A DNA stretch of 64,000 bases from Candidatus Latescibacterota bacterium (GCA_963707635.1 OY970173.1:128001-192000), one strand, 5' to 3'. Counted from the stretch's first letter, positions 1 through 9,942 are shown. Program-made: numbers and translations. The notes: generated from the letters alone by a model not told the origin.

Positions 1-1
1 C

Positions 2-88
2 GGATCGCAGGTCCAGCTGGTGACGCGCATCAGCCGCATCGTCAACGAAGTCCAATTGGGTGTGGCGGACGCGTACGCGCCGTCGTAG
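2..88 (+). CDS. 3' end of an unidentified upstream gene (partial)
   Basis: Open frame from window edge GSQVQLVTRISRIVNEVQLGVADAYAPS-stop with GC3-rich codons; no recognisable motif. Confidence 0.45.
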   Translation, partial: GSQVQLVTRISRIVNEVQLGVADAYAPS

Positions 89-148
89 TATTGCGCCCCT
101 GCCGGACCCGCGGCCCTCGCGCCGTCCGGCCCATCGCCGAAAAAATCA

Positions 149-1573
149 ATGTGCGGAATTCTGGGATACTGCGCCCGGGAATGGGATCCGGGCCTGGAGA
201 AGTTCTTCGGCCTGCAGGGATTCAACCTCCAGCACCGGGGCCAGGAGAACTTCGGCGCGACCTACAGCAATGGGAAGAAGTTCTCGCACTTCAAGGACCG
301 CGGCCTGGTCTCGCAGGTGTTCACCAAGGAGCGCCGCGAGCACTTCTCCGAGACCCGGCCGCTGATCGCGATCGCGCAGACGCGCTACGCCACCGCCGGC
401 GGCACCGACGCGATCTCGGCGCAACCGCACTGGATGACCCTGCTCGACGGCTTCTACTCCAACGCCACCAACGGCGACCTCCCGCTCCTGCAGCGCGAGA
501 TACGGGACCTGGAGAACTCCGGCACCGTGATGCTCTCGGGCAACGACGGCGAGGTGATTCTCAAGAAGATCCTCCACGGCGCGCGCGAGAACGGCGGCAA
601 TCTGGTGGCGGGCATCCGCCGGCTGATGGAGACCACGCCGGGCGCCTATTCCGGGTGCCTGATGACCCTCACCGAGCTCTACCTCTACCGCGACCCGCAC
701 GGGTTCCGGCCGCTCTATTTCGGCCGCTGGCGCGACGCCGTCGTCTTCTCGTCGGAGTCGTGCGCGTTCCACGAGACCGACGCCCACATCGAGCGCGAGG
801 TCTACCCGGGCGAGGTGATTCGTTTCGACATCGAGGGCAACCGGACCCACACCCAGGTGGTTCCCACCCATACGCCGCGGCAGCAGTGCATCTTCGAACC
901 GATCTATTTCGCGCGCCCCGACAGCCGTGTCTTCGCGGACACCAAAGAGGTGGGACATTTCCGGTACCTGCTCGGGAGCCAGCTCGCCGACGAGCATCCC
1001 ATGCGCGACGCCGCCGTTGTGCCCGTCCCGGATTCCGGGCGCTACGCCGCCAACGGGTACGCGGGGCGCTCGGGTCTGCCGCTGCGCGAACTGCTCGTGC
1101 GCAATCCCTACATCCCGCGCACGTTCCAGATCGCCGGGCAGGCGAATCGCGAGGACCTCGTCCGGCTCAAGTTCACGGTCATGCACTCGCTGCTGCGCCA
1201 GTACCGGCGCTTCGTCATCGTGGACGACTCGCTGGTGCGCTCCACCACGCTGCGCATCCTCATCGCCATGATCCGCGACGCCGCCGGCGAAGCCGGGATC
1301 GACCCGCGCGCGGTGGAAGTGCACGTTCGCGTTGCGTCTCCGCCGATCATCGGGTGCTGCTACTACGGCATCGACACGCCGGAGCAGAAAGAGCTCGCCG
1401 CCGCGAACGTCACCATCGACGAGATCGCGACGTCGATCGACGCCGACTCGCTGGCCTACCTCTCGCTCGCGGGCCTCGACGCGGTGGCCGCCGAGTTCTC
1501 GTCCCCTGAACAGTTCTGCCACGCCTGCTTCACCGGGCGCTACCCGACCGAGTATCTCCCCCGGACCCGTTGA
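149..1573 (+). CDS. purF: Amidophosphoribosyltransferase (4Fe-4S type)
   Basis: N-terminal MCGILG (Ntn Cys), LQHRGQE, RYATAG, CIFEPIYFARPDS, VPVPDSG, PRPP loop VDDSLVRSTT, CCYYGID, FCHACFTG. Confidence 0.9.
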   Translation: MCGILGYCAREWDPGLEKFFGLQGFNLQHRGQENFGATYSNGKKFSHFKDRGLVSQVFTKERREHFSETRPLIAIAQTRYATAGGTDAISAQPHWMTLLDGFYSNATNGDLPLLQREIRDLENSGTVMLSGNDGEVILKKILHGARENGGNLVAGIRRLMETTPGAYSGCLMTLTELYLYRDPHGFRPLYFGRWRDAVVFSSESCAFHETDAHIEREVYPGEVIRFDIEGNRTHTQVVPTHTPRQQCIFEPIYFARPDSRVFADTKEVGHFRYLLGSQLADEHPMRDAAVVPVPDSGRYAANGYAGRSGLPLRELLVRNPYIPRTFQIAGQANREDLVRLKFTVMHSLLRQYRRFVIVDDSLVRSTTLRILIAMIRDAAGEAGIDPRAVEVHVRVASPPIIGCCYYGIDTPEQKELAAANVTIDEIATSIDADSLAYLSLAGLDAVAAEFSSPEQFCHACFTGRYPTEYLPRTR

Positions 1574-1757
1574 CAGCCGGGCACCCGGCAAAATATCCCC
1601 GGCGCCCGCAAGCCGAATCGCTGTGGACGGGCGCCGTAGGAATGAGTTATGCTCGCGTGCAGTCTGTCCGATGGTGCGGTGAGATTCTCGTCGGAAGTGG
1701 TAGTCGGTTAGATTGGGAGCCTATCGCATCGCGGGAACCGTTAAAGGAGATTGTATC

Positions 1758-2132
1758 GTGTCTAAGAAACTGTTCGTAGGTAGTCTGAGCTGGAACACCA
1801 CCGACGAGGGGCTCCGGCGCGCGTTTGAGAAATTCGGCGAGGTCTTGGAAGCAAAGGTAATCAAGGATCGTGAAACCGACCGCTCCCGCGGGTTCGGTTT
1901 CGTGTCGTTCGCCAACCCCAAGGACGCCATGGACGCCATGCAGGCCATGGACGGCCAGGAACTGGACGGGCGCACCATCAAGGTGAACGAAGCCCAGGAG
2001 CGTGAGCGCACCGGCGGCGGCGGCGGTGGCGGTCCGCGCGGCGGATTCGGCGGCGGCGGCGGCGGACGCGGCGGTGAGCGTCGCGGCGGCGGCGGCGGCG
2101 AGCGTCGCGGCGGCGGCGGCGGACGCTGGTAG
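1758..2132 (+). CDS. RRM RNA-binding protein with Gly/Arg-rich tail
   Basis: GTG start after AAGGAG; RNP2 KLFVGSL, RNP1 RSRGFGFVSF; GGERRGGGG tail. Confidence 0.95.
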   Translation: MSKKLFVGSLSWNTTDEGLRRAFEKFGEVLEAKVIKDRETDRSRGFGFVSFANPKDAMDAMQAMDGQELDGRTIKVNEAQERERTGGGGGGGPRGGFGGGGGGRGGERRGGGGGERRGGGGGRW

Positions 2133-2159
2133 GCCCGCTCGCTAGCAACCAGAAGACGG

Positions 2160-2194
2160 AAACGGCCCGGGCGAAGATGCCCGGGCCGTTTTTT
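2160..2194 (+). terminator. Intrinsic terminator of RRM gene
   Basis: AAACGGCCCGGGC-gaagat-GCCCGGGCCGTTT followed by T-run. Confidence 0.9.
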
Positions 2195-2257
2195 GCTATA
2201 CTTGACGCACACGGTCGGAGATTCCTCCGGCCGATTCGCTTTTCTTGAGGCTCATCG

Positions 2258-3718
2258 TTGTCCCGTTCCCTAAGCCACGAAGTCGGAATCCTCACGCTCG
2301 GCCGCGTCGTCACGTACGCGGTCATGTTCATTGTGCCCCTGGTCAACGTGCGAACGTTGAGCATGGAAGAGTACGGCTACTACCGGCAATTCTGGCTCCT
2401 GTTCGAAACCCTCACGCCGATGGCCATCCTCGGCTTCTCGCGCAGCCTCCTCTACTACCTGCCGCGCGTGGAAACCCGCGAGGAGAAGTCCGCTTACATC
2501 ACGCAGACCGTGCTGTATCTCGCACTCGGATCGGTCGTGGCCATGGGCGTCTACGCGGTGATGGCGATCTGGTTCGGCGAGGGCCTGGGCGCCACGGCGC
2601 GCGCCTTCTTCTGGAGACTCTGCATCTTCACGTTGTTCATGGTGGTGACCGACTACCTCGAGGTGTTGTTCGTCGCGCAGCGCCGGCCCGTCGCCCAATC
2701 CGCGTACCACGTGGCCGCGTGGGGATTGCAGGCCATCGTCGTCATGGCCGTTTCCTACCTCACGCATGACGTGAGCGCGATCATCTGGGCGGTCACGATA
2801 TTCGGCCTGGCGCGGTTTGCCTTCGGCATCATCTACACGAATGCGAACTACGGACTCTCGCTGCGCGTGGTCTCGCGCGCTTCATTGCGGGAGCAAGCGT
2901 CGTTTGCGGTTCCCGTGGGCCTCGCCGGCATCGGCGTGATCCTGATCACCCAGACCGACAAGTTCCTCATCAACCGCTTCATGGGCCGCGAGGCCTTCGC
3001 CATCTACAGCGTGGGCGCCTTTCAGGTCCCGCTGGCCAATATCATCCAGAGTTCGATCAGTAATGTCACCTTCCCGATGATGGCGAAATACCAGAAGGCG
3101 GGACAGTATGCGGAGCTGATCGGGCTGTGGCAGCGGTCGCTCATGAAGGCGGTGGTCCTGTTCTTTCCCATCTTTGTGTTCCTGGAGGTCACCGCCCGCC
3201 CGTTCATCACGATTCTGTTCACCGAGCAATACGCCGACGCTACCCCGGTGTTCATGATCTACCTGCTTCTCTTCCTGCGCGGGTCGATCGAGGCGGGTGC
3301 GATTATCCAGGTGTTCAACCGAACCGTATTCTCGGTGGTTGCGTTCTTTGTCGGGTTCGTCGTGGACGTGATCCTCGGCATTCTGCTCTACCAGACCATG
3401 GGGCGCCTCGGGGTTCCGCTGGCGGCCCTGCTCACGCTGACCACGCTGAGCGTGGCGAGCCTGTGGTACTCGGCGAAGCTCCTGGGCACGTCGTTGCTCG
3501 AGCTGGTGCCGGCGCGGCCTCTCATGAAGCGCTTCCTGGTGGCAGTCGCGCCCGGCGTGATCCTGTGGCTGCTGTATCAGAGGTGGCCGGTGACGAACGT
3601 CTATCAGATGGGCGTGGCCGGACTCCTGTATTCCGGTTTGTACGCAGGGCTGTGCGCGTGGACGCGCCTGGTGACGGTGGATGACCTGAAAGCGCTGGTG
3701 GGCAGGACGTCGATCTGA
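2258..3718 (+). CDS. Oligosaccharide flippase / polysaccharide biosynthesis protein (Wzx-like)
   Basis: ~12-14 hydrophobic segments; LSMEEYGYY, QTDKFLI, FAIYSVG motifs typical of the family. Confidence 0.85.
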   Translation: MSRSLSHEVGILTLGRVVTYAVMFIVPLVNVRTLSMEEYGYYRQFWLLFETLTPMAILGFSRSLLYYLPRVETREEKSAYITQTVLYLALGSVVAMGVYAVMAIWFGEGLGATARAFFWRLCIFTLFMVVTDYLEVLFVAQRRPVAQSAYHVAAWGLQAIVVMAVSYLTHDVSAIIWAVTIFGLARFAFGIIYTNANYGLSLRVVSRASLREQASFAVPVGLAGIGVILITQTDKFLINRFMGREAFAIYSVGAFQVPLANIIQSSISNVTFPMMAKYQKAGQYAELIGLWQRSLMKAVVLFFPIFVFLEVTARPFITILFTEQYADATPVFMIYLLLFLRGSIEAGAIIQVFNRTVFSVVAFFVGFVVDVILGILLYQTMGRLGVPLAALLTLTTLSVASLWYSAKLLGTSLLELVPARPLMKRFLVAVAPGVILWLLYQRWPVTNVYQMGVAGLLYSGLYAGLCAWTRLVTVDDLKALVGRTSI

Positions 3719-3795
3719 AGCGGGATCGCGAGGCCGTTTTGCGCCATGCGGACGCGTACTTCACACTCCTCTGGCCGGATGATAGACTGGAGCAC

Positions 3796-4650
3796 ATGCC
3801 GAACGACAAGCCCACTGTCACCGAGAAGCAGGTCCAGGATTTCTGGACCGCGTTTCCCATGGTCTACGGTCCGAAGACCGCCAACCCCGAGCAGGTCTTC
3901 GACCGAATGGAAGAGGTGATGCGCACGGAGTACTGGTACGCCCACGGCGCCGGCGAACCGCTCTTCGCCCGCTACATCGACTACGCGGCGCTCAAAGGGC
4001 GAAAGGTGCTCGAGATCGGCTTCGGCACGGGATGGCTCTTGAAGGAGTTCGTGCGCGCGGGGGCGGAGGTGCACGGCATCGACTTGAGCAGCACGCACGA
4101 GGCGCTGTGCCGGCACCGCTTCCAGGGCCAGGGCGTCCAGCTCCAGATCGCCAGCGCCGAGACGATTCCGTACCCGGACGGCACCTTCGACCTGGTGGCG
4201 GCCTTCGGCGTTCTCCATCACGCCAGCGACGACGCCCGCTGCTATGCCGAGGTGCATCGCGTGCTCAAGCCCGGCGGCCACGCGTTTCTCGCCCTGTACC
4301 GTCACGGCAGCGTGAAGTACTACTACCAGAATGTCTTTCGAAAGGGCGTCTTGCGCGGCGGGTTGCTCCGGCATCGCTTCAACGTGAACGAGTTCATCCG
4401 GTCCGTGACCGACAAGTACGGAGATGACAGCCCGGGCGCTCCCATTTCGCGCCATTACACCGAGGCCGAGCTCCGGCGCCTGCTCGCGATGTTCTCGCGC
4501 GTCGACCTCCACATCGCCGGCTCGCGCGCGGAATTGTCCGAGATTCCCTTGAGCCACTTCCCGGTGTCGGACTGGGTGCTGAGCGACGCCCGGCGCGCCG
4601 CCCTCCTCCAGCGCCACGGCGGCTACTGGTTCGTGGACGCCGTCAAGTAG
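3796..4650 (+). CDS. Class I SAM-dependent methyltransferase
   Basis: VLEIGFGTG motif I, GIDLS, PYPDGTFDLV, GVLHH, RVLKPGG; ATG after GGAG. Confidence 0.9.
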   Translation: MPNDKPTVTEKQVQDFWTAFPMVYGPKTANPEQVFDRMEEVMRTEYWYAHGAGEPLFARYIDYAALKGRKVLEIGFGTGWLLKEFVRAGAEVHGIDLSSTHEALCRHRFQGQGVQLQIASAETIPYPDGTFDLVAAFGVLHHASDDARCYAEVHRVLKPGGHAFLALYRHGSVKYYYQNVFRKGVLRGGLLRHRFNVNEFIRSVTDKYGDDSPGAPISRHYTEAELRRLLAMFSRVDLHIAGSRAELSEIPLSHFPVSDWVLSDARRAALLQRHGGYWFVDAVK

Positions 4651-4660
4651 GCGACCGAAG

Positions 4661-6280
4661 CTACTTCAGCAGCACCATCCGCCGGGTGCGGTCGAAGTCG
4701 CCCGCGTGCAGCCGGTAGAAATACACGCCCGATGCCACCCCGCGACCTTGCTCATCCCGCCCGTCCCAGCGAACTTCGTACCCGCCCGGAGCGCGCCGCG
4801 CATCGACGAGCGTGCGAACCAGGTGTCCCGCGACGTCGTACACCCGCAGCGACACCGCGTCGCTTCCACCGACCTGGTAGCGGATGGTCGTGGACGGATT
4901 GAACGGGTTGGGCACGTTGGCGTCGAGCGCGTAGGCAAACCGGCCCGCGCCGACCGCCGTCGGCGCGCTCGGCTGCAGGTCGACGGTCACGATCTTGTCG
5001 TACGGGTTTCCGCAAATGTCTTCCCACGCGATGGCGAGGTTCACCTGGAACGGCCCGCCCGGCCAGCCGGTGAGATTCAAGGTGTAGCTGTCCACTCCGA
5101 ACGATGCCGCGCCGGCGCTCAAGCCGCCGTAGAGGCAGGTTGGATCCGGAATCGAGAGCCATCCGTCGATCGGCGCCATGACCGCCGTCACGTTGCTCGC
5201 GTCGAACACGCCCACGTTTCGAAGCTCGATTTTCACCTGCCAGGTCGTCGGCGTCTGGTTCACCGACAGCGTATCCGTGTCGTCGATGGTGGTCAGCTCC
5301 GGCGGGCACTTGGAATCCAATGTCCAGCCGATATCCTCCATTAGATTGAGCGCGAGACTCATGTTGTGATTCGGCCCCGCGTACACGGGTTCCATCGACT
5401 CGTCCGGCGTGACGGCCGACGACCAGTGAGATACCGACGAGCCCGGCTGCGCCGGGTTGGGCGCGTGTACGCGCACGAATCCACCGCTGAGCCCGGCCGT
5501 GACGGGAATGCTCGGGTGCTCCGCCGTCACGCTGGCGCCGGTCCAGCGCAAGTTGGGGTCCGAGATGCTGGCGTTGATGCGCTGCGCGTTGGACATCGCC
5601 GGGTAGGTCGGCGGCGAGACACCCGTACGATAGAGGTTCAACATGTAGGTGTCGTTGAATCCCAGTAGCTTCGTGCCGCTGGCCAGATCGACGAAGGTCT
5701 GGAAGCCGAGCCCGTGCCCGATTTCGTGCAATACCACGGTCACGAAGTCGATCTGATTGGGACCGATGTTGCCGTCGTATCCGTAGTACCACGAGTAGGA
5801 ACCCAGGCACGTCGGGCTGCCGTTGATGCTGCTGTTGAACTGCGCCACGATATCCGGGTTCATCGGATCCACGTCGACGGCCTCCAGCGCATTCGCGAGC
5901 GCCTGGGGGTACCAGGTACCGGCGACCGGGGCAGTCGCGAAATCCCGCACCACCGAGCCCGCACCCGCGGATCCGAGCACAGCGCCTGTCGGCGTGCACG
6001 TCAACGGATTCATCTGCGCCGAGATGAAGATCGGCACGGTGCTGTTGATGCACGCGCCCCATAGATCCGCGGCGTACTGGAAGGCGTTGAGCCGCGCCGC
6101 GCCGCGCGTCGTCGCCGGGTTTCCGCCCACCGGGGCGACCACGGTGGGGTCGTTGAACCCTTCGCCCGGCGCGTCGTTGTTCTGCACGACCAGAATCGCA
6201 GTGGCGTGCGCCGCGGCGGGAAGCACGGTTGCGACTATGCACAACCCGACCATGAGCATCCGACCGGTGTGGGTCCTCAT
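4661..6280 (-). CDS. Secreted zinc metallopeptidase with FlgD-Ig/T9SS-type C-terminal domain
   Basis: Signal peptide; VVLHEIGHGLGF zincin motif, GSSVSHW, SMEP; C-terminal NVPNPFNPSTTI...WDGRDEQGRGVASGVYFY. Confidence 0.85.
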   Translation of the reverse strand: MRTHTGRMLMVGLCIVATVLPAAAHATAILVVQNNDAPGEGFNDPTVVAPVGGNPATTRGAARLNAFQYAADLWGACINSTVPIFISAQMNPLTCTPTGAVLGSAGAGSVVRDFATAPVAGTWYPQALANALEAVDVDPMNPDIVAQFNSSINGSPTCLGSYSWYYGYDGNIGPNQIDFVTVVLHEIGHGLGFQTFVDLASGTKLLGFNDTYMLNLYRTGVSPPTYPAMSNAQRINASISDPNLRWTGASVTAEHPSIPVTAGLSGGFVRVHAPNPAQPGSSVSHWSSAVTPDESMEPVYAGPNHNMSLALNLMEDIGWTLDSKCPPELTTIDDTDTLSVNQTPTTWQVKIELRNVGVFDASNVTAVMAPIDGWLSIPDPTCLYGGLSAGAASFGVDSYTLNLTGWPGGPFQVNLAIAWEDICGNPYDKIVTVDLQPSAPTAVGAGRFAYALDANVPNPFNPSTTIRYQVGGSDAVSLRVYDVAGHLVRTLVDARRAPGGYEVRWDGRDEQGRGVASGVYFYRLHAGDFDRTRRMVLLK

Positions 6281-6281
6281 G

Positions 6282-6689
6282 TTACTTCACCGGCCCTTCG
6301 TTCGATGCGCCGGCGATGCACGGAGCCTGCAAGACGCCGTTCGCGCCGATCACCGCCGTGACCGCATTCTGGAATCGTCCCTGCAGATTCACCACGACGC
6401 CTCCACCCGCGACCGGACTGTTCTGAGCGACGAGCCCATCGTCGGACGTGCTCAAGGCGCTGCCCATCGCGTCCTGGAGCGCGCGTATCGACTGGGACGG
6501 GGTGTCGACGATCTTGCCCGTCACCGGGTCGACGTTGAGGATCTGGCCGGCCGCAGCAAACGTACCCGCGTCACGGGCGACTGGCGTACCCGCGTTTGAA
6601 TCGGTGGCGCCGGCAGGGCGCGGCTGCTGATCGCCGGCGATCAGGAGCATTGCGCTCACGGCGAAAAGAGAGAGATTGCGTCGCTTCAT
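6282..6689 (-). CDS. Small secreted protein resembling the post-PEP-CTERM-1 domain family
   Basis: Signal peptide; VDPVTGK...LSTSDDGLV...GGVVVNLQGRFQ pattern (family name from memory); stop 1 nt from the peptidase start. Confidence 0.65.
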   Translation of the reverse strand: MKRRNLSLFAVSAMLLIAGDQQPRPAGATDSNAGTPVARDAGTFAAAGQILNVDPVTGKIVDTPSQSIRALQDAMGSALSTSDDGLVAQNSPVAGGGVVVNLQGRFQNAVTAVIGANGVLQAPCIAGASNEGPVK

Positions 6690-6835
6690 CGAAGGCCTCC
6701 CGCGTGGCAGCTGGGGATGCTAATTCCGTCGGCGGGCCGCTGATTGCGCGGGACTTCCCGCGGCTCCCTTGGCGGGAGCGCCCGCGCCTGGCAGGTGCAA
6801 CAACGATACCGAAACGCGGCCATGCCGGCCGGGAA

Positions 6836-6871
6836 GCAGAAACGGCCGGCGGGCCCGTGCCCGCCGGCCGT
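6836..6871 (-). terminator. Probable terminator downstream of DUF1326 gene
   Basis: 13-bp perfect stem ACGGCCGGCGGGC/GCCCGCCGGCCGT followed by TTCTG on the minus strand. Confidence 0.7.
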
Positions 6872-6904
6872 CCGAGTAGACGCGCGCTGCCGCGTTCTCT
6901 TCGT

Positions 6905-7642
6905 TTACATCTGCACGTCTTTAGACGCGATATCGAGCGTGATCATGAAGCCGTTGGTGCCCTTGAACTCGAAGGGCTTGTCACCGGCACGGTACGCCTC
7001 GACTTCGTTCTTCATCAGCACGAAGCCGTCGTTGCGCGGCACCCCCCAGTACTTGAGGTTCTTGATGACCACCGGATCGGTGCCCATCCCGTAGGTCCCG
7101 GTGGCGAGCACGACTTCCGCCGCCTTGCCGCCATCGAGGGTGGCGACGGCGCGCTCCTTGCCGCCGTTCCATTCCATCCTGGCGTCCGGCGCCATCGTGA
7201 ACGATTTCCATTTCACGGGGTAGACGTGGGCGAGAATCGCAGCGATTCCCTCCCGCTGCTCGGGAGTCACGCTGGGGTCGAAGGTCAGCACCGCCCAGTC
7301 CATCTCACCGTCGCTGAATTCGGCGCCGAGATCCCCGGCCACCCAGAACAGCGCGCCGTCGAGTTTGACCTTCCCGTACGTCCCCTTGTTCACGCGGAAC
7401 GCGTTGTTGAACTTGCAGAAATGGTCGGCCCCGCCGCCGTCTTCTGCGTGCGCGGCATGGCCGTGCGCGCCGGCGCCTGCCGGCTCGGCGTTGAAATAGC
7501 ACTGACAGAACATCGGACAGCTGCACGCCTCAATAATGGTCGCGTTGAACGACCAGTCCGCCGGCTGCCCCGCCGAAACCCACATGGGGGCGGCGACAAG
7601 GAACAGCGCCGACGCTGCTGCTGCGACCCATGACCGTTTCAT
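6905..7642 (-). CDS. DUF1326-family putative metal-binding protein, with signal peptide
   Basis: W...EACSCPMFCQCYF motif, later HFCKF, GxYGxVKLDG; AAGGAGG RBS. Confidence 0.8.
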   Translation of the reverse strand: MKRSWVAAAASALFLVAAPMWVSAGQPADWSFNATIIEACSCPMFCQCYFNAEPAGAGAHGHAAHAEDGGGADHFCKFNNAFRVNKGTYGKVKLDGALFWVAGDLGAEFSDGEMDWAVLTFDPSVTPEQREGIAAILAHVYPVKWKSFTMAPDARMEWNGGKERAVATLDGGKAAEVVLATGTYGMGTDPVVIKNLKYWGVPRNDGFVLMKNEVEAYRAGDKPFEFKGTNGFMITLDIASKDVQM

Positions 7643-7765
7643 GACATCCTCCTTCGCGCCATTGCGCGGTGGTTCGATTCCATGCCCGCGGCCGGTACCG
7701 GGCGCCGGCCGTCGTCATAATGACAAATTCATACCCGGCGGTTCAACTGCCAGTTCCCCCGCCGA

Positions 7766-8467
7766 TTACTCCGGTTCTTCGGTGCGCGAGTGCGTGATGG
7801 AGTCGGGAAGCTCGTTGACGTCGTCCGGGCGCGGCGGGAAATGCCGGGCCAGGGCGTCGCCCGCCAGCTCGATGCCGTCGATCAGCCCGTCGGCGAATCG
7901 ACCCTGGGCGAAACGGGCCTCGACCCGCGCGATCACGCTCGACCAGAAGTCGGCCGGAACTTCCGCGTGAATACCACTATCCCCGATGACCGCCAGCCGC
8001 CGGTCGCGGATGGAGACGAAGAACAGGACTCCGTTGCGATCGCGGGTGCGGGCCATGCCGACGCGGTGGAACACGCGCGCGGCCGCCGCGGTGGGGGCGT
8101 CGCCGGTGCGCGCGGCGAGATGCACGCGAATCTCGCCGGAGGTACTCGACTCGAACTTGCGGATCGCCGCCGCCACCTGCTCGCGCTCGAGCGGGGTCAG
8201 GAACGACGCCACCGAATCGCGCCGCTCGCGGTGGACACGGCGCGAAAGAATCGCGCCCGCGATCCACAGCAGCGCCGCTGCGATGCTCAGCGCGACCAGC
8301 GCCCCGCCGGTCCACACCGACCACGTGTGCTTCGGAGGTGCGAGCCAATCGCGGAGCGAGAACACCGCCACGACGACCGCGAGCACCGCCCCGGCGGCCA
8401 CGAGAAACGTGGCCAGCGTGCGAAGCGACCGCGTGGTCCGTCTGGCATCACCACTTGCCGGATGCAC
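7766..8467 (-). CDS. TPM-domain (DUF477) protein with two N-terminal TM helices
   Basis: GTG start after GGAGG; ESSTSGEIRVH, TRDRNGVLFF, LAVIGDSGIH, DVNELPD. Confidence 0.85.
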   Translation of the reverse strand: MHPASGDARRTTRSLRTLATFLVAAGAVLAVVVAVFSLRDWLAPPKHTWSVWTGGALVALSIAAALLWIAGAILSRRVHRERRDSVASFLTPLEREQVAAAIRKFESSTSGEIRVHLAARTGDAPTAAAARVFHRVGMARTRDRNGVLFFVSIRDRRLAVIGDSGIHAEVPADFWSSVIARVEARFAQGRFADGLIDGIELAGDALARHFPPRPDDVNELPDSITHSRTEEPE

Positions 8468-9263
8468 CGCCACCTCCAAACGACCCGCCGCCGAACGATC
8501 CACCGCCGAAGCCGCCACCGCCACCACCGAACCCACCCCCACCGGACCACCACGGCCCGCCCCCGCGACGATGCGTTCCCCCGTAGGCGCCGCGCCCACC
8601 CCAGCCGGAGTCGAACCCGCCGCGGGAGATCCACCCGCGCCGGCCGGCCTGGGCCATGAAGATGATGAAGCCGAGCACCCCCAGCATGATCACGAGCGCC
8701 ACCCACGGCGGCAGCTCGGTCGTCTTCGGTTCCGGCACCGCCTCGCCGCGCGCCGCCCGCGCCAGGCTCGCCACGGCGGCGGCGATCCCGTCTCCGAAGC
8801 GGCCGGCGCGAAACGCCGGCGTCATGTCGTAGCGAATGATCCGCCCGGCGACCGCGTCGGGTATGACCGGCTCCAGGCCGTACCCGATTTCGATCCGCAT
8901 GGCGCGCTCTTCGATGGCCACCACAATGAGCGCGCCGTTGTCGCGCTCCGCGTTCCCCGGCCGCCATTTCTCCGCCAGCGCGAGCGCGACGTCCTCGATC
9001 GCATCGCCGTCGATGGTCTTGAAGACGGCGACGCCGATTTCGATGCCGCGGCGGTCGAGGGCCATGAGCGTATCTTCGAGCGCTCGTTGTTCGTTGCTCG
9101 AGAGCACGCCGGCGCCGTCGAAGACGAATCGGGCCGGCGCGTCCGGAAGACGGGTGTGGACCGAGGGAGCGGCGAGGGCCGCCGCCGCGCCGAGCACGAG
9201 CCCGGCGAAAGCCAGCGCCCACGCGCCGAGCCGGGCGGGCGGATGCAGACCAGGGACGCGCAC
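8448..9263 (-). CDS. TPM-domain protein (YgcG-like) with Gly-rich C-tail
   Basis: DNGALIVVA, RIEIGYGLEPVIPD, TM helix, GGGSFGGGGASGKW end. Start uncertain. Confidence 0.9.
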   Translation of the reverse strand: MRVPGLHPPARLGAWALAFAGLVLGAAAALAAPSVHTRLPDAPARFVFDGAGVLSSNEQRALEDTLMALDRRGIEIGVAVFKTIDGDAIEDVALALAEKWRPGNAERDNGALIVVAIEERAMRIEIGYGLEPVIPDAVAGRIIRYDMTPAFRAGRFGDGIAAAVASLARAARGEAVPEPKTTELPPWVALVIMLGVLGFIIFMAQAGRRGWISRGGFDSGWGGRGAYGGTHRRGGGPWWSGGGGFGGGGGGFGGGSFGGGSFGGGGASGKW

Positions 9264-9264
9264 G

Positions 9265-9852
9265 CTAGAACTTGACCTTCGGCGCTTCCTCGGCGCCTTC
9301 ACGCGCCTCGAAATAGGCCTTCGGTCCGAAGCCGAACATCCCCGCAAGCATATTCATCGGGAATCGCTTCACGGCGACGTTGTATTCCTGCACCGTTTCG
9401 GTGAAGCGGCGGCGCTCCACGGCGATTCGGTTCTCGGTGCCGGCCAGCTCGTCCTGGAGGGCCAGGTAGTTGGCGTTCGCCTTCAGCTCCGGGTACTGCT
9501 CGACCGTGACCAGCAGGCGCGAGAGCGCGCCGGAGAGCTCGTCCTGCGCGGCCTGGAACTTCTGGAGCGCGGCCGGGTCGTTCAGCATCTCGGGCGTGAT
9601 CTTGATCTCGGCGGCGTGGGAACGGGCCTCGATGACTTTCGTGAGCGTTTCCTGCTCGAAGTTCGCCGCGCCCTTGACGGTCTCGACGAGATTCGGGATC
9701 AGATCGGAGCGGCGCTGATAGACGTTCTCGACCTGACTCCAGGATTGGTTCACGCTTTCGCCGAGTTTGACGATCCGGTTATAGCCGGACACGCCGGTGA
9801 TGCAGAGAAACACCAACAGAACGATGATCACAATTCCAACTATCTTTCCCAC
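9265..9852 (-). CDS. lemA: LemA family protein
   Basis: WSQVENVYQRRSDLIPNLVETVKG, EQYPELKAN, ELAGTENRIAVERRRF; AAGGAGGAGG RBS. Confidence 0.95.
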   Translation of the reverse strand: MGKIVGIVIIVLLVFLCITGVSGYNRIVKLGESVNQSWSQVENVYQRRSDLIPNLVETVKGAANFEQETLTKVIEARSHAAEIKITPEMLNDPAALQKFQAAQDELSGALSRLLVTVEQYPELKANANYLALQDELAGTENRIAVERRRFTETVQEYNVAVKRFPMNMLAGMFGFGPKAYFEAREGAEEAPKVKF

Positions 9853-9877
9853 TGATTACCTCCTCCTTTAGAGCTTC

Positions 9878-9942
9878 GCGGGTCCTGTCGCCGATACACC
9901 CCGCGGCGTCCGCCGCGGGGACCCCGTCTCGGCGCCACCCGC
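9878..9942 (+). repeat. Dispersed hairpin repeat, copy A
   Basis: GCGGGT-CCT-GTCGCCGATAC-ACCCC-hairpin-GGGGACCCC-GTCTCGGCGCC-ACCCGC; matches copies B-E. Confidence 0.85.

Noticed and set aside
89..148. ZTP or purine riboswitch before purF
   Set aside because: Only a simple GCCGGAC/GTCCGGC hairpin in a 60-nt gap; no conserved aptamer motifs.
2010..2125. GGC microsatellite / contingency locus
   Set aside because: Encodes the normal Gly-rich RRM tail; the same applies to 8450-8560 in the TPM gene.
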